Of a stretch of DNA of 64,000 nt, positions 1 to 9,834 are shown in pieces. This stretch comes from Limnothrix sp. BL-A-16. GTDB lineage: Bacteria; Cyanobacteriota; Cyanobacteriia; CACIAM-69d. The stretch lies in contig CP166615.1 in the NCBI GenBank assembly GCA_041937175.2, forward strand, positions 672,001-736,000, read 5' to 3'. Position numbers and translations under genes: made by a program. The notes under the pieces are model-generated. The model was given only the letters and a program-made list of their open reading frames with translations, was not told the origin of the DNA and searched no databases. Every line of letters starts with the position of its first letter. Within the stretch, counting starts at the first letter, position 1.

Positions 1-127
1 GCAGCCAGCGCCGTCGCCCAGTGGAATTAACGGGCGGTTGGGAAGATGTTTCAGAATCCATGGAATGACCAAAAGAAAAGGGTACAAGCCCCGCCCTTCT
101 AGGACGGCTTTTTCGATCAACGCTATT

Positions 128-133
128 TATAAT
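128..133 (+). promoter_or_regulatory. putative -10 box TATAAT for tnpB
   Basis: perfect TATAAT followed by 7 nt and then the ATG at 141. Confidence 0.45.
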
Positions 134-140
134 GTTAGTT

Positions 141-1349
141 ATGAAAGCACGATTTCGCTACCGAATCTATCCTAATCGCCTGCAAAGATTAATGTTGGCG
201 AAGACATTCGGTTGTGCTCGTGTGGTCTACAACGATGCAATTCGATTGCGTCAAGACCTCTATCAGCAAGGAGAGAAAGTTAGCGACACTGAAATTCAGA
301 AACGAGTCATCACCCAAGCCAAGCTAACCGTTGAGCGTGAATGGTTATCGGAAGTTGCATCTGTACCGTTAGTTCAATCATTGCAAGATGCTCATCTGGC
401 TTTTCGTAATTTCTTCAAAAGTCTGAAGGGTGAGCGTAAAGGACGAAAAGTTGGCTTCCCCAAGCTCAAAAAGAAACACTCAACTCAATCCATTCGCTTC
501 ACGACCAATGGCTTTTCAGTTAAACCCAACTCGGTTTACCTAGCCAAGATCGGTTGTGTGCGGGTCAAGTGGTCAAGAGAGCTGCCATCCGATCCATCAT
601 CGGTCACGATCATCAAGGATGCAGCCAACCGCTACTTTGCATCGTTTGTATGCGAAGTCGATCCAATCGCTCTGAAGGCGATTAATGATGGCGTGGGCAT
701 TGATCTAGGGTTGACTACTTTCGCCACCCTATCGACGGGTGAAAAGGTGCTGAGTCCCAAACCACTGGCTAAATCCCTCAAGCGGTTGCGTCGTGCTCAA
801 AAGCGATTCAGTCGCAAGGTCAAGGGCAGCAATCGCCGTGAGTTAGCCCGCCGCAAGGTGGCTCGGATTCATGCCCGCATCAAGGATCAACGAACTGACT
901 TCCTGCACAAATTATCAACCCGGATCGTTCGCGAGAACCAAGCGATCGTTTTGGAAGATTTGAACGTGTCAGGAATGATCAAAAATCGCAAGCTATCACG
1001 GGCGATTAGCGATGCTGGCTGGTACAGCTTCCGCCAAATGATCGAAGGGAAATCAATTCGCTACGGGCGGGATTTCCAAGTCATTAGCCGATGGGAGCCG
1101 ACTAGCCAGCGATGTTCATCTTGTGGACAATTGGGTGGCAAGAAACCCCTTGATGTGCGCGAGTGGACTTGTCTGCACTGCGGTGCGGTTCATGATCGCG
1201 ACATCAATGCCGCCATTAATATCCAAGTCGCGGGCGGGCAGTCCGAGACTCAAAACGGACGTGGAGGCAAGCGTAAATCCAGTTCGCTGGTAGCAGCCGA
1301 TGAAGCGTCAACCCGTGGTCTAGTCGAGCAGCTTCGGTTGTTCGGTTAG
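141..1349 (+). CDS. tnpB: RNA-guided endonuclease TnpB
   Basis: N-terminal RYRIYP...FGCARVVYN, RuvC motifs GIDLG / LEDL / DRDINAA, zinc finger CSSC...CLHC; ORF track starts at 132, ATG at 141 preferred. Confidence 0.95.
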   Translation: MKARFRYRIYPNRLQRLMLAKTFGCARVVYNDAIRLRQDLYQQGEKVSDTEIQKRVITQAKLTVEREWLSEVASVPLVQSLQDAHLAFRNFFKSLKGERKGRKVGFPKLKKKHSTQSIRFTTNGFSVKPNSVYLAKIGCVRVKWSRELPSDPSSVTIIKDAANRYFASFVCEVDPIALKAINDGVGIDLGLTTFATLSTGEKVLSPKPLAKSLKRLRRAQKRFSRKVKGSNRRELARRKVARIHARIKDQRTDFLHKLSTRIVRENQAIVLEDLNVSGMIKNRKLSRAISDAGWYSFRQMIEGKSIRYGRDFQVISRWEPTSQRCSSCGQLGGKKPLDVREWTCLHCGAVHDRDINAAINIQVAGGQSETQNGRGGKRKSSSLVAADEASTRGLVEQLRLFG

Positions 1350-1405
1350 GGCCGGAATCCCCACGCCTTTAGGCTGGGGAGGATGTCAACGATTAGATGA
1401 GCCAA
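1230..1405 (+). ncRNA. putative TnpB omega/reRNA (scaffold overlapping tnpB 3' end and right end, guide from flanking DNA after 1389)
   Basis: established for TnpB systems; right-end hairpin and TCAA boundary seen; 5' boundary is only a guess. Confidence 0.55.
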
Positions 1406-1460
1406 TTGGATTAAAGGTTAGACAATGAATGAATTCCCAACCAATGCTCCTGATCTAGCT

Positions 1461-2969
1461 TCAGGCTAACTGCATGGCAGCCGATCGCGGTAGATCCGGT
1501 AATTGTGGTTCCTGGGTAATGCGCAGAACAATGCCGGTCATATCGTCGGAGTTGCGATTTTCGGAGCCGATGAACTCCTGCACCCGATCGAACAAGTGAT
1601 TCAGAATTCCTTGGGCGTTGTCGTAGTTGTGGCAAGCCCAGTAAAACCCATCCCGCAGGCGATCTTCCTCAAACCGTTGGCCGCGGGGATCAGCCGCATC
1701 GGTGAATCCATCGGTGAAAAACATGATCGTGTCGCCCGGATAAAGCTGAATTTGGGCATCGTTGAATTCACTGTTGGCATCTAGGCCAATCAACATGCCT
1801 TCGGTGTCTAAGGCCACGATCTGATCCGATCGCGATTGCCAAAGCAGCGGTGGGTTATGGGCCGCGTTGCTGTAGGACAGAATGCGCGTTTTCGGGTCAT
1901 ATTCCGAATAGAACAGGGTGACGAACCGGTGGGAATTTTCCAAGTCCGCATACATCACCCGATTCAGATGGTGCAAAATTCGTGCGGGGGAATGGCCGTT
2001 CAACACCTCAGCCCGCAACATGCCCCGGGTCATGGTCATGATCAGGCCAGCGGGCACGCCTTTGCCCATCACATCCCCGATCGCGATGCTCCAGGGGGTG
2101 GTTTCCGTTCCGCCGAGTTTCGTTTGGGCGTTGCGGCCCAGGCTGGGGGATCCATTGCGACAAACGGGAATGAAGTCGTAATAGTCGCCACCCACCCGAT
2201 CGGCTGTTTCGCAACGGGCCGCCAAATCAACACCTTGGATTTTGGGATATTGGCGCGGCAGCAACCGCAGTTGAATTTCGGCCCCAATTTCCAACTCCCG
2301 ATCGAGCCGTTCCTTTTTCCGTAGCTCGACGGTTAAATCGGCATTGTCAATGGCCACGGCCGTTTGATCCGCCACCAATCGCACCAGTTTTTGGCGCTTG
2401 GAAGTCCAGGCAAAATCCGGCGCACAACAAAAGGCATAGAGCCGGCCCCGCTCCACCTCATTCACCAAAATGGATGCCCCAAAGACCCGCACACCGGTTC
2501 CCAAGGAATCGGCCACGGTTTGATCCAACAGGGCGATCGCCCCGGGATCAAATTCCACCTTGTGATCCTTCGCAGCATTGGCCGTCAGCACCCCCGTCAC
2601 CTTGCGCGTGGCCAACTCCAGGGCCCGTCGGATCGGCCGCACCTGGCAGCGGTGATCTCCTAACTCCTGACAGTGCAACTGTTCTAGGCGCACTTGCCCA
2701 TTGGGCCGAAACAACACCAAGGCCCCGCCATCCGCATCGGCCACTCGGGTGGCAATCAGGGGAATCAGCTCTAGGAACTGATTCAGATTTTTGAAGCTGC
2801 GGAGGGCAAACCCCAGGGAACTGAGCAGGTCTTGAACTTTGTATTGTTCGCGGTTGAGACGGGCAACCAGTTCCTTGAGGGCAAAAACAGGCGTATTGTC
2901 GCCCGCCGCTAACAGATCAGCCGGGTCAGGAGGTTGCGATGAGGTGTGAGGGGCAGGGGCAGCGGACAT
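1461..2969 (-). CDS. GAF-containing PP2C/SpoIIE (RsbU-like) Ser/Thr phosphatase
   Basis: VGGDYYDF, IGDVMGKG, FTDGFTD and DDMT motifs; lies downstream of nusB-ftsY as is usual in cyanobacteria. Confidence 0.9.
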   Translation of the reverse strand: MSAAPAPHTSSQPPDPADLLAAGDNTPVFALKELVARLNREQYKVQDLLSSLGFALRSFKNLNQFLELIPLIATRVADADGGALVLFRPNGQVRLEQLHCQELGDHRCQVRPIRRALELATRKVTGVLTANAAKDHKVEFDPGAIALLDQTVADSLGTGVRVFGASILVNEVERGRLYAFCCAPDFAWTSKRQKLVRLVADQTAVAIDNADLTVELRKKERLDRELEIGAEIQLRLLPRQYPKIQGVDLAARCETADRVGGDYYDFIPVCRNGSPSLGRNAQTKLGGTETTPWSIAIGDVMGKGVPAGLIMTMTRGMLRAEVLNGHSPARILHHLNRVMYADLENSHRFVTLFYSEYDPKTRILSYSNAAHNPPLLWQSRSDQIVALDTEGMLIGLDANSEFNDAQIQLYPGDTIMFFTDGFTDAADPRGQRFEEDRLRDGFYWACHNYDNAQGILNHLFDRVQEFIGSENRNSDDMTGIVLRITQEPQLPDLPRSAAMQLA

Positions 2970-3142
2970 TTCAAGGATCGATGAGCGATCGTGCCAGAGC
3001 GCCCAGTTTTGAGTTAGCTATGGTAGCGCCAAATCACTGGACTGCCAACAAAACAACAGAATTCAGGGAGGGCTTGCCAGTAGGGCTGTTCGATCGGGCG
3101 TTGGGTTTGGTTGGCCAATCCCAGTACCCCGATTGCCACTGC

Positions 3143-4873
3143 CTAACCGTTGAGCAGCGCCTCCACAAATTCGTAGCTAGAGAAGGGGCGCAGGGCTTCA
3201 ATGCTTTCCCCCGCGCCAATGAACCGAATGGGTAAGTTGAGCTGTTGGGCGATCGCCAGGGCAATCCCTCCCTTGGCGGTGCTGTCAAGCTTCGTGAGGA
3301 CTACGCCGCTCAGTTTAGCGGTTTCTGCAAAGACCTTAGCTTGCTGGAGGCCGTTTTGTCCTTGGGTGGCATCCAAAACCAACAGCGATTCCACGATCGC
3401 GCCGGGGGCTTGCTTGTCGATGATCCGGCGAATTTTCGCCAGCTCATCCATCAGGTTCTTTTTGTTTTGCAGACGGCCAGCGGTGTCCACCAACAGCAAT
3501 TCCGTTTCGCGGGCAGTCGCGGCGGTAATCGCATCGAAGACCACGGCGGCGGGATCGGTGTTTTTGCCGGGGTTGGCGATCGTTTCCACACCGGCTCGAT
3601 CGCCCCAAACTTTCACCTGCTCCACGGCGGCGGCCCGGAAGGTGTCCCCCGCTGCAATCAGACAGCGGTAACCGGACTTGCTGCCCAGGCGGGCCAACTT
3701 CCCGATCGTGGTGGTTTTGCCTGCGCCATTGACCCCCACAATCAGCCAAATATTCAGCCTGCCTTTTTCGGGAGCCAACAGGGGCAAGGTATCTTCGCCC
3801 GCCTCGCGGATGGGGCGATCGAGCAAATCTCGCAAAATCTGTTTCAAATAGGCGATCGCCGCCTCGGGGGGCAGGGCTTCTTCGCGCACCTTGTCTTGCA
3901 AAGCGCCAATGATCGCATCCGTGGCTTCCACGCCTGCATCGGCCTGGAGCAGCAGGGCTTCGATTTCCTCAACCGCATCCGCATTCAGCGGCCCCTGACC
4001 AACCAAGGACTTGAGCTGATTCACCAGGCCGCGGCGGGTTTTGTCTAGCCCTTGGCGCAAACGGGTAAGCCACTCAATTTCCTCAGCAGAAATATCTTCC
4101 GGGCGACGACCCTGGGCCGCCAAAATTTCCGCAGACCACAGGAAGTTTTCATCAAAAACAATTGCCCCCGGTGGCAGGGCTGCCGGTTCCGCTTCGGCCA
4201 AGGGTTCCGGCTCCGGTTCCGGTTCCACAATCGCCTCAGCCTTGACTCGTTCCAGCCGTTCCGCGCGATCGGCCTCGGCCCGCTCCAGCAATGAAGCCGA
4301 CTCTGAAAAAGTTGGGCTAGCTGCCGCGATCGGCTCCGTTGGCTCAGCGGGTTCCGGTTCCGGCTCCGGCGTAACCGGCGGTTGCTGAAGGTTTTGGTAA
4401 GCCGCTTTGGCCCACTGCAACAACTCATCCGCATTGGAAGGAGCCGTTATCACTGGTTCCGGCTCTGGGGCGGGTTCCGGCGCTTCAGCCACCAGCACAG
4501 GAGCAGCCACGGGAGCAACCGGTGCGGCAATCGGTTCCGGCTCCGGCGTTGGTTCTGGTTCGGTTGGTTCTGGTAATTCCGGTTCGGTTACTTCTGGCGC
4601 TGGGGCGATCGACTCCGGCTCCGGTGCTGGCTCCGGTTCCAAAGCAGCGATCGGCTCCGGTTCCGGCTCCGGGGTCAACTCCACCGTCAGTTCCTCAACC
4701 GCGGCCGGCTCCAATTCCGGTTCAGGCTGAGACTCAGGTTCAGGTTCCGCTTCTCCCTCTGGGGTCGTTTCCGGGGCTGTTTCCGTGGGCTGTTCATCCG
4801 TGGGTTTGTCGGAGTCAAACTCAACGTAAAACTTCTCTTGGGAAAACTGACGTTGGAACCAGTTAAAAACCAT
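3143..4873 (-). CDS. ftsY: SRP receptor FtsY with long acidic Pro/Glu-rich N-terminus
   Basis: GVNGAGKTTT, DTFRAAA, DTAGR, TKLDSTAKGG; start chosen at MVFNWF. Confidence 0.96.
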   Translation of the reverse strand: MVFNWFQRQFSQEKFYVEFDSDKPTDEQPTETAPETTPEGEAEPEPESQPEPELEPAAVEELTVELTPEPEPEPIAALEPEPAPEPESIAPAPEVTEPELPEPTEPEPTPEPEPIAAPVAPVAAPVLVAEAPEPAPEPEPVITAPSNADELLQWAKAAYQNLQQPPVTPEPEPEPAEPTEPIAAASPTFSESASLLERAEADRAERLERVKAEAIVEPEPEPEPLAEAEPAALPPGAIVFDENFLWSAEILAAQGRRPEDISAEEIEWLTRLRQGLDKTRRGLVNQLKSLVGQGPLNADAVEEIEALLLQADAGVEATDAIIGALQDKVREEALPPEAAIAYLKQILRDLLDRPIREAGEDTLPLLAPEKGRLNIWLIVGVNGAGKTTTIGKLARLGSKSGYRCLIAAGDTFRAAAVEQVKVWGDRAGVETIANPGKNTDPAAVVFDAITAATARETELLLVDTAGRLQNKKNLMDELAKIRRIIDKQAPGAIVESLLVLDATQGQNGLQQAKVFAETAKLSGVVLTKLDSTAKGGIALAIAQQLNLPIRFIGAGESIEALRPFSSYEFVEALLNG

Positions 4874-4948
4874 CGATCGCGACCTTAGCAGTGACAGGAA
4901 GGCAAAGGAGCCAAGAAACAAAACTTAAAGACAAGGGTAGCGCGGCCC

Positions 4949-5587
4949 CTAGGCTCGGGTGGCCTTCATTTGGTCGATCGCCCGGCGCAACACACCGTTA
5001 ATAAATCGGTAGCTGTCGGCCTCACTGTAGCGCTTGGCCAGCTCCACCGCTTCGTTCACTGCCACCTGCGGCGGTGTTTTCAGATAGCAAATTTCCGCGA
5101 TCGCCATGCGCAAAATGTCCCGATCGATCCGTGCCAATCGGCTTAATTGCCAATCCACCATGCTGTCCGTCAAGGTTTGGTCAATCTCCGCCTGGTAGCG
5201 AGCCACCTTCGTCACCAAATCCAAGGCGTAATCTTGCACGTTCAGTTGTCCCGCCGCTTGAAGCATTTCCGGCAGTTCAACAGCCATGCCCAAGCGATTG
5301 ATTGCTGACTGAGTAAACTCGATCGCCTCCTTCACCATGGCCACCGATCGCTGGGCATCGCTGGCCCGAATTTCCTCCCGCAACAGTTCCGTTTTCAGCA
5401 AACGCTCATTGCCCCGTTGCAATTCTGCGCTGGCCATCTCCAGGGTTTCTCGCACCTCAGCCATCAGGGTACGCACGGCCGCCTGCAACAGATCCTTTAG
5501 ATCTCGGTCTTGAAGTTTTTCAGGTTTATTGGGGAGCTGGCTAATGCTGAGGAGAGCCAGTTCACGGGCAATTCGGCGAGCTTGCAT
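4949..5587 (-). CDS. nusB: transcription antitermination factor NusB
   Basis: RRIARELAL N-terminus; WQLSRL..IDRDILR..VAVNEAVELAKRYS..FINGVL. Confidence 0.95.
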   Translation of the reverse strand: MQARRIARELALLSISQLPNKPEKLQDRDLKDLLQAAVRTLMAEVRETLEMASAELQRGNERLLKTELLREEIRASDAQRSVAMVKEAIEFTQSAINRLGMAVELPEMLQAAGQLNVQDYALDLVTKVARYQAEIDQTLTDSMVDWQLSRLARIDRDILRMAIAEICYLKTPPQVAVNEAVELAKRYSEADSYRFINGVLRRAIDQMKATRA

Positions 5588-5874
5588 GGGGTTGAAGGGA
5601 AAATGCAGGGTGAAAGAAGCGCGATCGCCCAGGATAGCGCTCTTTGCCGCACAGCGATCCGTCACGCGGCCAGCACCATCAAGGGCGGCTAATTGCCCTC
5701 AAGTGTTGCACCGGTCGGAACCGCCGACAAGGTGCGGAATTTACCCACCCAGCAATCACAAGCTCTAACGGGTTTTGGGGCTGCTCAGGTTGCCCATTCA
5801 GATCACTGGTTTCGATCGCCTGTTCAGGGGCCGTTTACCAAGTCTTTGAGAAATCCCAAAACGATATTTTCAGA

Positions 5875-6252
5875 TCAAAATTCTTCGTAGTCGCTATAGC
5901 CGCCGCCATTGCCGCCCCCTTCGCTGGTATCCCGCTTGGAACCCAAAAGCTGAAGATCTCGCACCACCACCACGGGACTGGTGCGTTGGGCCCCAGACTG
6001 GCGGTCGGTCCAGGTATCAATTTTGAGGCTACCTTGCACTGCAATTTCCTTGCCCTTGCGCACATAGTTGGCGGCTACCTCGGCGGTTTTGCCCCAAATT
6101 TCCAAATTGAACCAATCGGGCCCATCATCGCGATTGCGTGAAGGACGGTTCACCGCAAGGGTCAAGCGACATTTCACCGATCCAGACTCGAAATAACGCA
6201 CATCGGGATCACTGCCAGCACGCCCCACCAGATTGACGACATTGATGCTCAT
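5875..6252 (-). CDS. ssb: single-stranded DNA-binding protein
   Basis: INVVNLVGRAGSDPDVRYFESG, WGKTAE...KG, acidic C-terminal tail ending in F. Confidence 0.95.
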   Translation of the reverse strand: MSINVVNLVGRAGSDPDVRYFESGSVKCRLTLAVNRPSRNRDDGPDWFNLEIWGKTAEVAANYVRKGKEIAVQGSLKIDTWTDRQSGAQRTSPVVVVRDLQLLGSKRDTSEGGGNGGGYSDYEEF

Positions 6253-6494
6253 GGTAACTACCGATGATGAACTGAAATTGGTTAATCGACTAATTGATTA
6301 GTGGGCTAATTTGGACTAGCCCGACTCAAGCTGGGCCATTAGATTTAACCAGTTTGATGCAACTAAGTTAATGCAGCCAAATTTCAGTGGACTAACTTGA
6401 TTCAAGCAATCTCAAGCAACTTTATTCAAGCAACTTGCGGCAGCCAATTCAACTGAATACTCATGAATACTCAGCAAATGCTAGGCAAATCCTA

Positions 6495-6636
6495 GAGGTT
6501 GTCGTCATTTTTCGAGGTGAGACTGAAACGGTTGATCTTCCATGCCCCAATCGTCGTAACAAGATGCTCAAGCCCCTTGTCTCCCACGATCCGCTAACGG
6601 CAGATCTAGGGTTTTGTGCTCAATGACGACAGACCC
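6495..6636. mobile_element. MITE family B copy (142 bp)
   Basis: GAGGTTGTCGTCA...TGACGACAGACCC ends flanked by TA on both sides (CCTA|...|TAGG); degenerate central palindrome at 6560-6579. Confidence 0.8.
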
Positions 6637-6678
6637 TAGGCAATTTGTAGGGCTAACCGAGAAAGATTAATCGCAGGT

Positions 6679-7425
6679 TTAACTACCCAGTTGGAACCAA
6701 AACGATACCAAATCATGTTTACCCAAGGCGATCCGATCACCCGGCCGCAGCCGATGACGATTGCCCGGAGCCAAAAATAGCCCATTTACATAGGTTCCGT
6801 TGGCGCTGCCCGTGTCCTCCAAGTAATGGGCATCGCCCTCCACTCGAATGTCCGCATGGATTCGAGACACCACTTCCGCATGGGGAAATCCCGAAACATC
6901 AATGTCCGGCGGTACGCGATCGTTGGGTTTGCCCAAGTGAATGAGACTGATCTGCTCCGGCAACATCACAACCGCGCCGCTGTGGACATGCACCAATCGG
7001 GCGATCGTCCGTTGCAATTGCGTCACGGCTCCCGGGATGGGCGCTGCTTCTGGGGTGGTTCCCATCAAGGCCGTGGGCGGCTCGGCGGGATCGCCCAAAG
7101 ACCCGATCGGCTCCATCTCGGGACTGGCTGAAAACAGCGATGCCCCGATCGGCTGTGTGAGATCGGTGATCTCTTCATCACTGTCGGGGTGCGCTGGCGG
7201 CACAGGCAAGGGGGACGGCGCAGCGGCGGGGACGGGAGCCGGTAAAGGGGCGATCGAGGGGGCCGCCTGCAGGTTGTGGCCACATTGCCCGCAGAAGTTG
7301 GCATCACTCAGAACCGGCGCACCGCAACGGGGACAGCTTTGCAGGGTGGGAAGGGCCGTGAAGCAGGCTTCGCAAGTTACTGCATCATCGGGGTTGGCGT
7401 GATTGCAATTAGGACAATTAACCAT
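6679..7425 (-). CDS. double zinc-ribbon + FHA domain protein
   Basis: CPNC/CEAC/CPRC/CGQC N-terminus, Pro-rich linker, FHA motifs VSRIHA and GSANGT. Confidence 0.88.
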   Translation of the reverse strand: MVNCPNCNHANPDDAVTCEACFTALPTLQSCPRCGAPVLSDANFCGQCGHNLQAAPSIAPLPAPVPAAAPSPLPVPPAHPDSDEEITDLTQPIGASLFSASPEMEPIGSLGDPAEPPTALMGTTPEAAPIPGAVTQLQRTIARLVHVHSGAVVMLPEQISLIHLGKPNDRVPPDIDVSGFPHAEVVSRIHADIRVEGDAHYLEDTGSANGTYVNGLFLAPGNRHRLRPGDRIALGKHDLVSFWFQLGS

Positions 7426-7562
7426 GGAGCCGATCGCGCCTGGGCGCTTGCAAAGGAGCAAAGGAACCAAAATTCAGTCGTTCAGTCAATTTCGGACAAG
7501 TTCGGATGATTTCGGACTCCAGACCACCGGGCTTGAGCGCTGATGAACCGATCAGCCAGCGC

Positions 7563-8444
7563 CTAGAACTCCAGTCGCTCTCCGGCCGATTGGTCAAACA
7601 GCCACCACAATTCCCCCGACACCGGGCGCACCAAGCGGGCTGGATAGGTTTGGTCTAGCAAAGCCGCCAAGGTGGGATCGTCACAAGGTGCAAACACCTG
7701 GGCGATCGCGGGTTGCTTGCTTTCCCCCGAGACCAAGAAAATCGTACAGCTTGCCTGGTTCAACACCGGCACGGTCAGGGTAATCCGGGGATCGTCACCC
7801 CGATTGCCCACCGTCACCCATCGATCGCGCACGGCCAAGGCAGCGGTGTTGGGAAACAAGGAAGCCGTATGTCCATCATCTCCCAGACCCAGCAGCACCA
7901 GATCCAGGCTGGGAAAGTCCTCCTGTAGCCCCCACTGGTCGCAGAATAGGGCCCGTAACTGAGCCTCATACCGCGCCGCATCCTCCGCTGGGTTGGCCCC
8001 GTCGGTGGGCATGGGCCAACAGTTGGCAGCGGGAATCGGCACCCGATCGAGCCAAGCCTCGCGGGCCATCCGCTGGTTACTGTCTGGGCTGGTGGGCGGC
8101 ACATAGCGCTCATCTCCCCAAAAGATAAAGAGCTTTGACCAATCCAAATCCGCCTGAGCCAACTGTTCATAGAGTGGCTTAGGGGTGCTGCCGCCGGCCA
8201 GGGCCATGGTGCAACGGCCCGATCGTTTCAGGGCATGGTCAATTTGACTCAAAACCACTTCCACAGCCCGCTCAATTAGCTCAGGGCGATCGGGCCAAAT
8301 TTCCACCGTCGGCAGTTGGGAAGGAAGCGATTCAGCAGGAAATGGGAATGATGGACTAGACGAATTCACCGACTCCGATCGGGCATCGGCCCCGGAAGCC
8401 GCATCCGTTGCCCCGCTGGCAGGATCTGGGAACGCTGAGGTCAT
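7563..8444 (-). CDS. pgl: 6-phosphogluconolactonase
   Basis: ALAGGSTP, GDERYVP, LGLGDDGHTASLFP, RITLT; start uncertain. Confidence 0.93.
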   Translation of the reverse strand: MTSAFPDPASGATDAASGADARSESVNSSSPSFPFPAESLPSQLPTVEIWPDRPELIERAVEVVLSQIDHALKRSGRCTMALAGGSTPKPLYEQLAQADLDWSKLFIFWGDERYVPPTSPDSNQRMAREAWLDRVPIPAANCWPMPTDGANPAEDAARYEAQLRALFCDQWGLQEDFPSLDLVLLGLGDDGHTASLFPNTAALAVRDRWVTVGNRGDDPRITLTVPVLNQASCTIFLVSGESKQPAIAQVFAPCDDPTLAALLDQTYPARLVRPVSGELWWLFDQSAGERLEF

Positions 8445-8889
8445 GATCGAAAAAATGCTAAAGACCCGAGCCGCCACCCGGCCCGGTCAACTCCCCTAGC
8501 CTAACCGATGGATCGGAAATTCAATAACAGCTGAATCAAAAGACCCACCCAAGATCCACCAAAATTCAGATCCACCGAAGTTGAAAGCCAAAATTGGGAG
8601 CCAAAATTGGAAGTGTAAAATTTCATCGAAATCAGCGGGCGATTATCCTAAGTTGCTGAAACAATAGGGCACGGGAAAAGCCATGAAACGCTGACTTCAA
8701 ATTTTGACCGCAAACCTTGGCCGACCTTGGCTCAAAAACTTTGGCTGCAATTTTTGATCTCAATCGTGGCTCGCAACCCATTGCGATCGCCCGTTGTCCT
8801 GACGCAATGGTAGCCGGTTCGATCGCCTCCTGATTTGGCTGCCGGCCCTTGTAATCCCCTTCAGTAACAGCGCTTCCTAAGGACGCTCC

Positions 8890-9702
8890 ATGACGACTAG
8901 TACACATTCCTCCCAGACTTCCGCCCCCATAGCGGCCGTCGTGCTGCAAATCGGGGGCGCAGTGGCGATCACCCTTGGATTAATTGATTTCCTTGCTGTT
9001 GCCGTTCCGTTCGATTTTGCCAACCGAGGCTGGGTGATTGACACCACCCGCCAATTGATCGATCGGGGCATCGTGCCCGCCATGGGTGTCAGCCTGCTGT
9101 TTTGGGGCTTCTGGATTGAAATCAAATCCGGTGTCAGCCGGTCTTGGCGTAGGGGTGTGGGCGTTGCGACCCTGGCGTTTTCGGCGCTGATGGGACTGTT
9201 GTTTTTGGTGATGGCCCCCACGCACCTGCTGTCTGTGCGGGCCGAAGCCCAATCCACCCTCGCCGCCATTACCCGACAATCGCGGGAAGCCGAAAAACAA
9301 ATTGATACACCCGAATTTAAAAACAGTTTGCAGCGCCAGCAACAGGTTTTTCGGGAGCAGATGCAGTTTTTGCTGCAAGACGATGCTCGGTTTAATGAAT
9401 TTATTAACAGCCCACAATTTGATGAACGCCAGAAGGAGTTCATGCGGCGGCTGAAGGCGAATCCGGCTGACTTGGAAACGGTGATTCGCCAGCGGGTGAA
9501 TGATTTTCCCCTGCAATTGCTGGCCCGCATTCGATCGCGGCGGCAGGAGCTAGAAACCCGCGCCAGAACCACGGCCCTGCGGTTGGGCGTGCAAACAGGA
9601 ACCAGCGGCATTGCCCTCTCGGTGGCCTACCTGGCGATCGCTTGGCTCGGGTTGGGGGGATCGGGTGGTCGCCCTGCCCCGCGTCGCCGTCGATCGGCCT
9701 AA
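8890..9702 (+). CDS. HpsJ-family (hormogonium polysaccharide) membrane protein, paralog 1
   Basis: three N-terminal TM segments with P..W...QLIDRGIVP motif, helical soluble domain, C-terminal TM; next to a GT2 gene. Confidence 0.7.
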   Translation: MTTSTHSSQTSAPIAAVVLQIGGAVAITLGLIDFLAVAVPFDFANRGWVIDTTRQLIDRGIVPAMGVSLLFWGFWIEIKSGVSRSWRRGVGVATLAFSALMGLLFLVMAPTHLLSVRAEAQSTLAAITRQSREAEKQIDTPEFKNSLQRQQQVFREQMQFLLQDDARFNEFINSPQFDERQKEFMRRLKANPADLETVIRQRVNDFPLQLLARIRSRRQELETRARTTALRLGVQTGTSGIALSVAYLAIAWLGLGGSGGRPAPRRRRSA

Positions 9703-9834
9703 GTTCGACCTCAATTCGCCCCATGGTCGATGCCAATCCCAATATTTTGGCCATTGTTTTGACCCTTTTTAGCCCTTCTTGACCATTTCGATCCAGACGT
9801 TCTGAGCAACCCGAGAGTTTGAGAGTTTAAGACT

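Larger units (their letters stand above)
70..1389 (+). mobile_element. IS200/IS605-family element, tnpB-only (IS1341-type)
   Basis: TGAC at 66-69 (putative TAM/left cleavage site), left-end hairpin AAGCCCCGCCCTTCTAGGACGGCTT at 86-110, tnpB ORF, right end GGAATCCCCACGCCTTTAGGCTGGGGAGGATGTCAA ending at 1389; no TIRs, no TSD, no tnpA. Confidence 0.88.

Noticed and set aside
1..30. 3' end of an upstream gene (AASAVAQWN*)
   Set aside because: Too short to identify or support as a feature.
141..1349. Cas12f-like effector or domesticated TnpB regulator
   Set aside because: No CRISPR array is present, IS ends are intact and the catalytic residues are retained.
1378..1389. GAGGATGTC shared by the TnpB right end and the MITE A TIR
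   Set aside because: Only 9 bp match. A has TIRs and a TSD, which is incompatible with IS200/IS605 chemistry, so this is treated as coincidence.
4180..4800. Repetitive GGTTCCGGCTCC tracts and overlapping Gly/Ser-rich ORFs
   Set aside because: They encode the Pro-Glu-rich acidic domain of FtsY on the minus strand.
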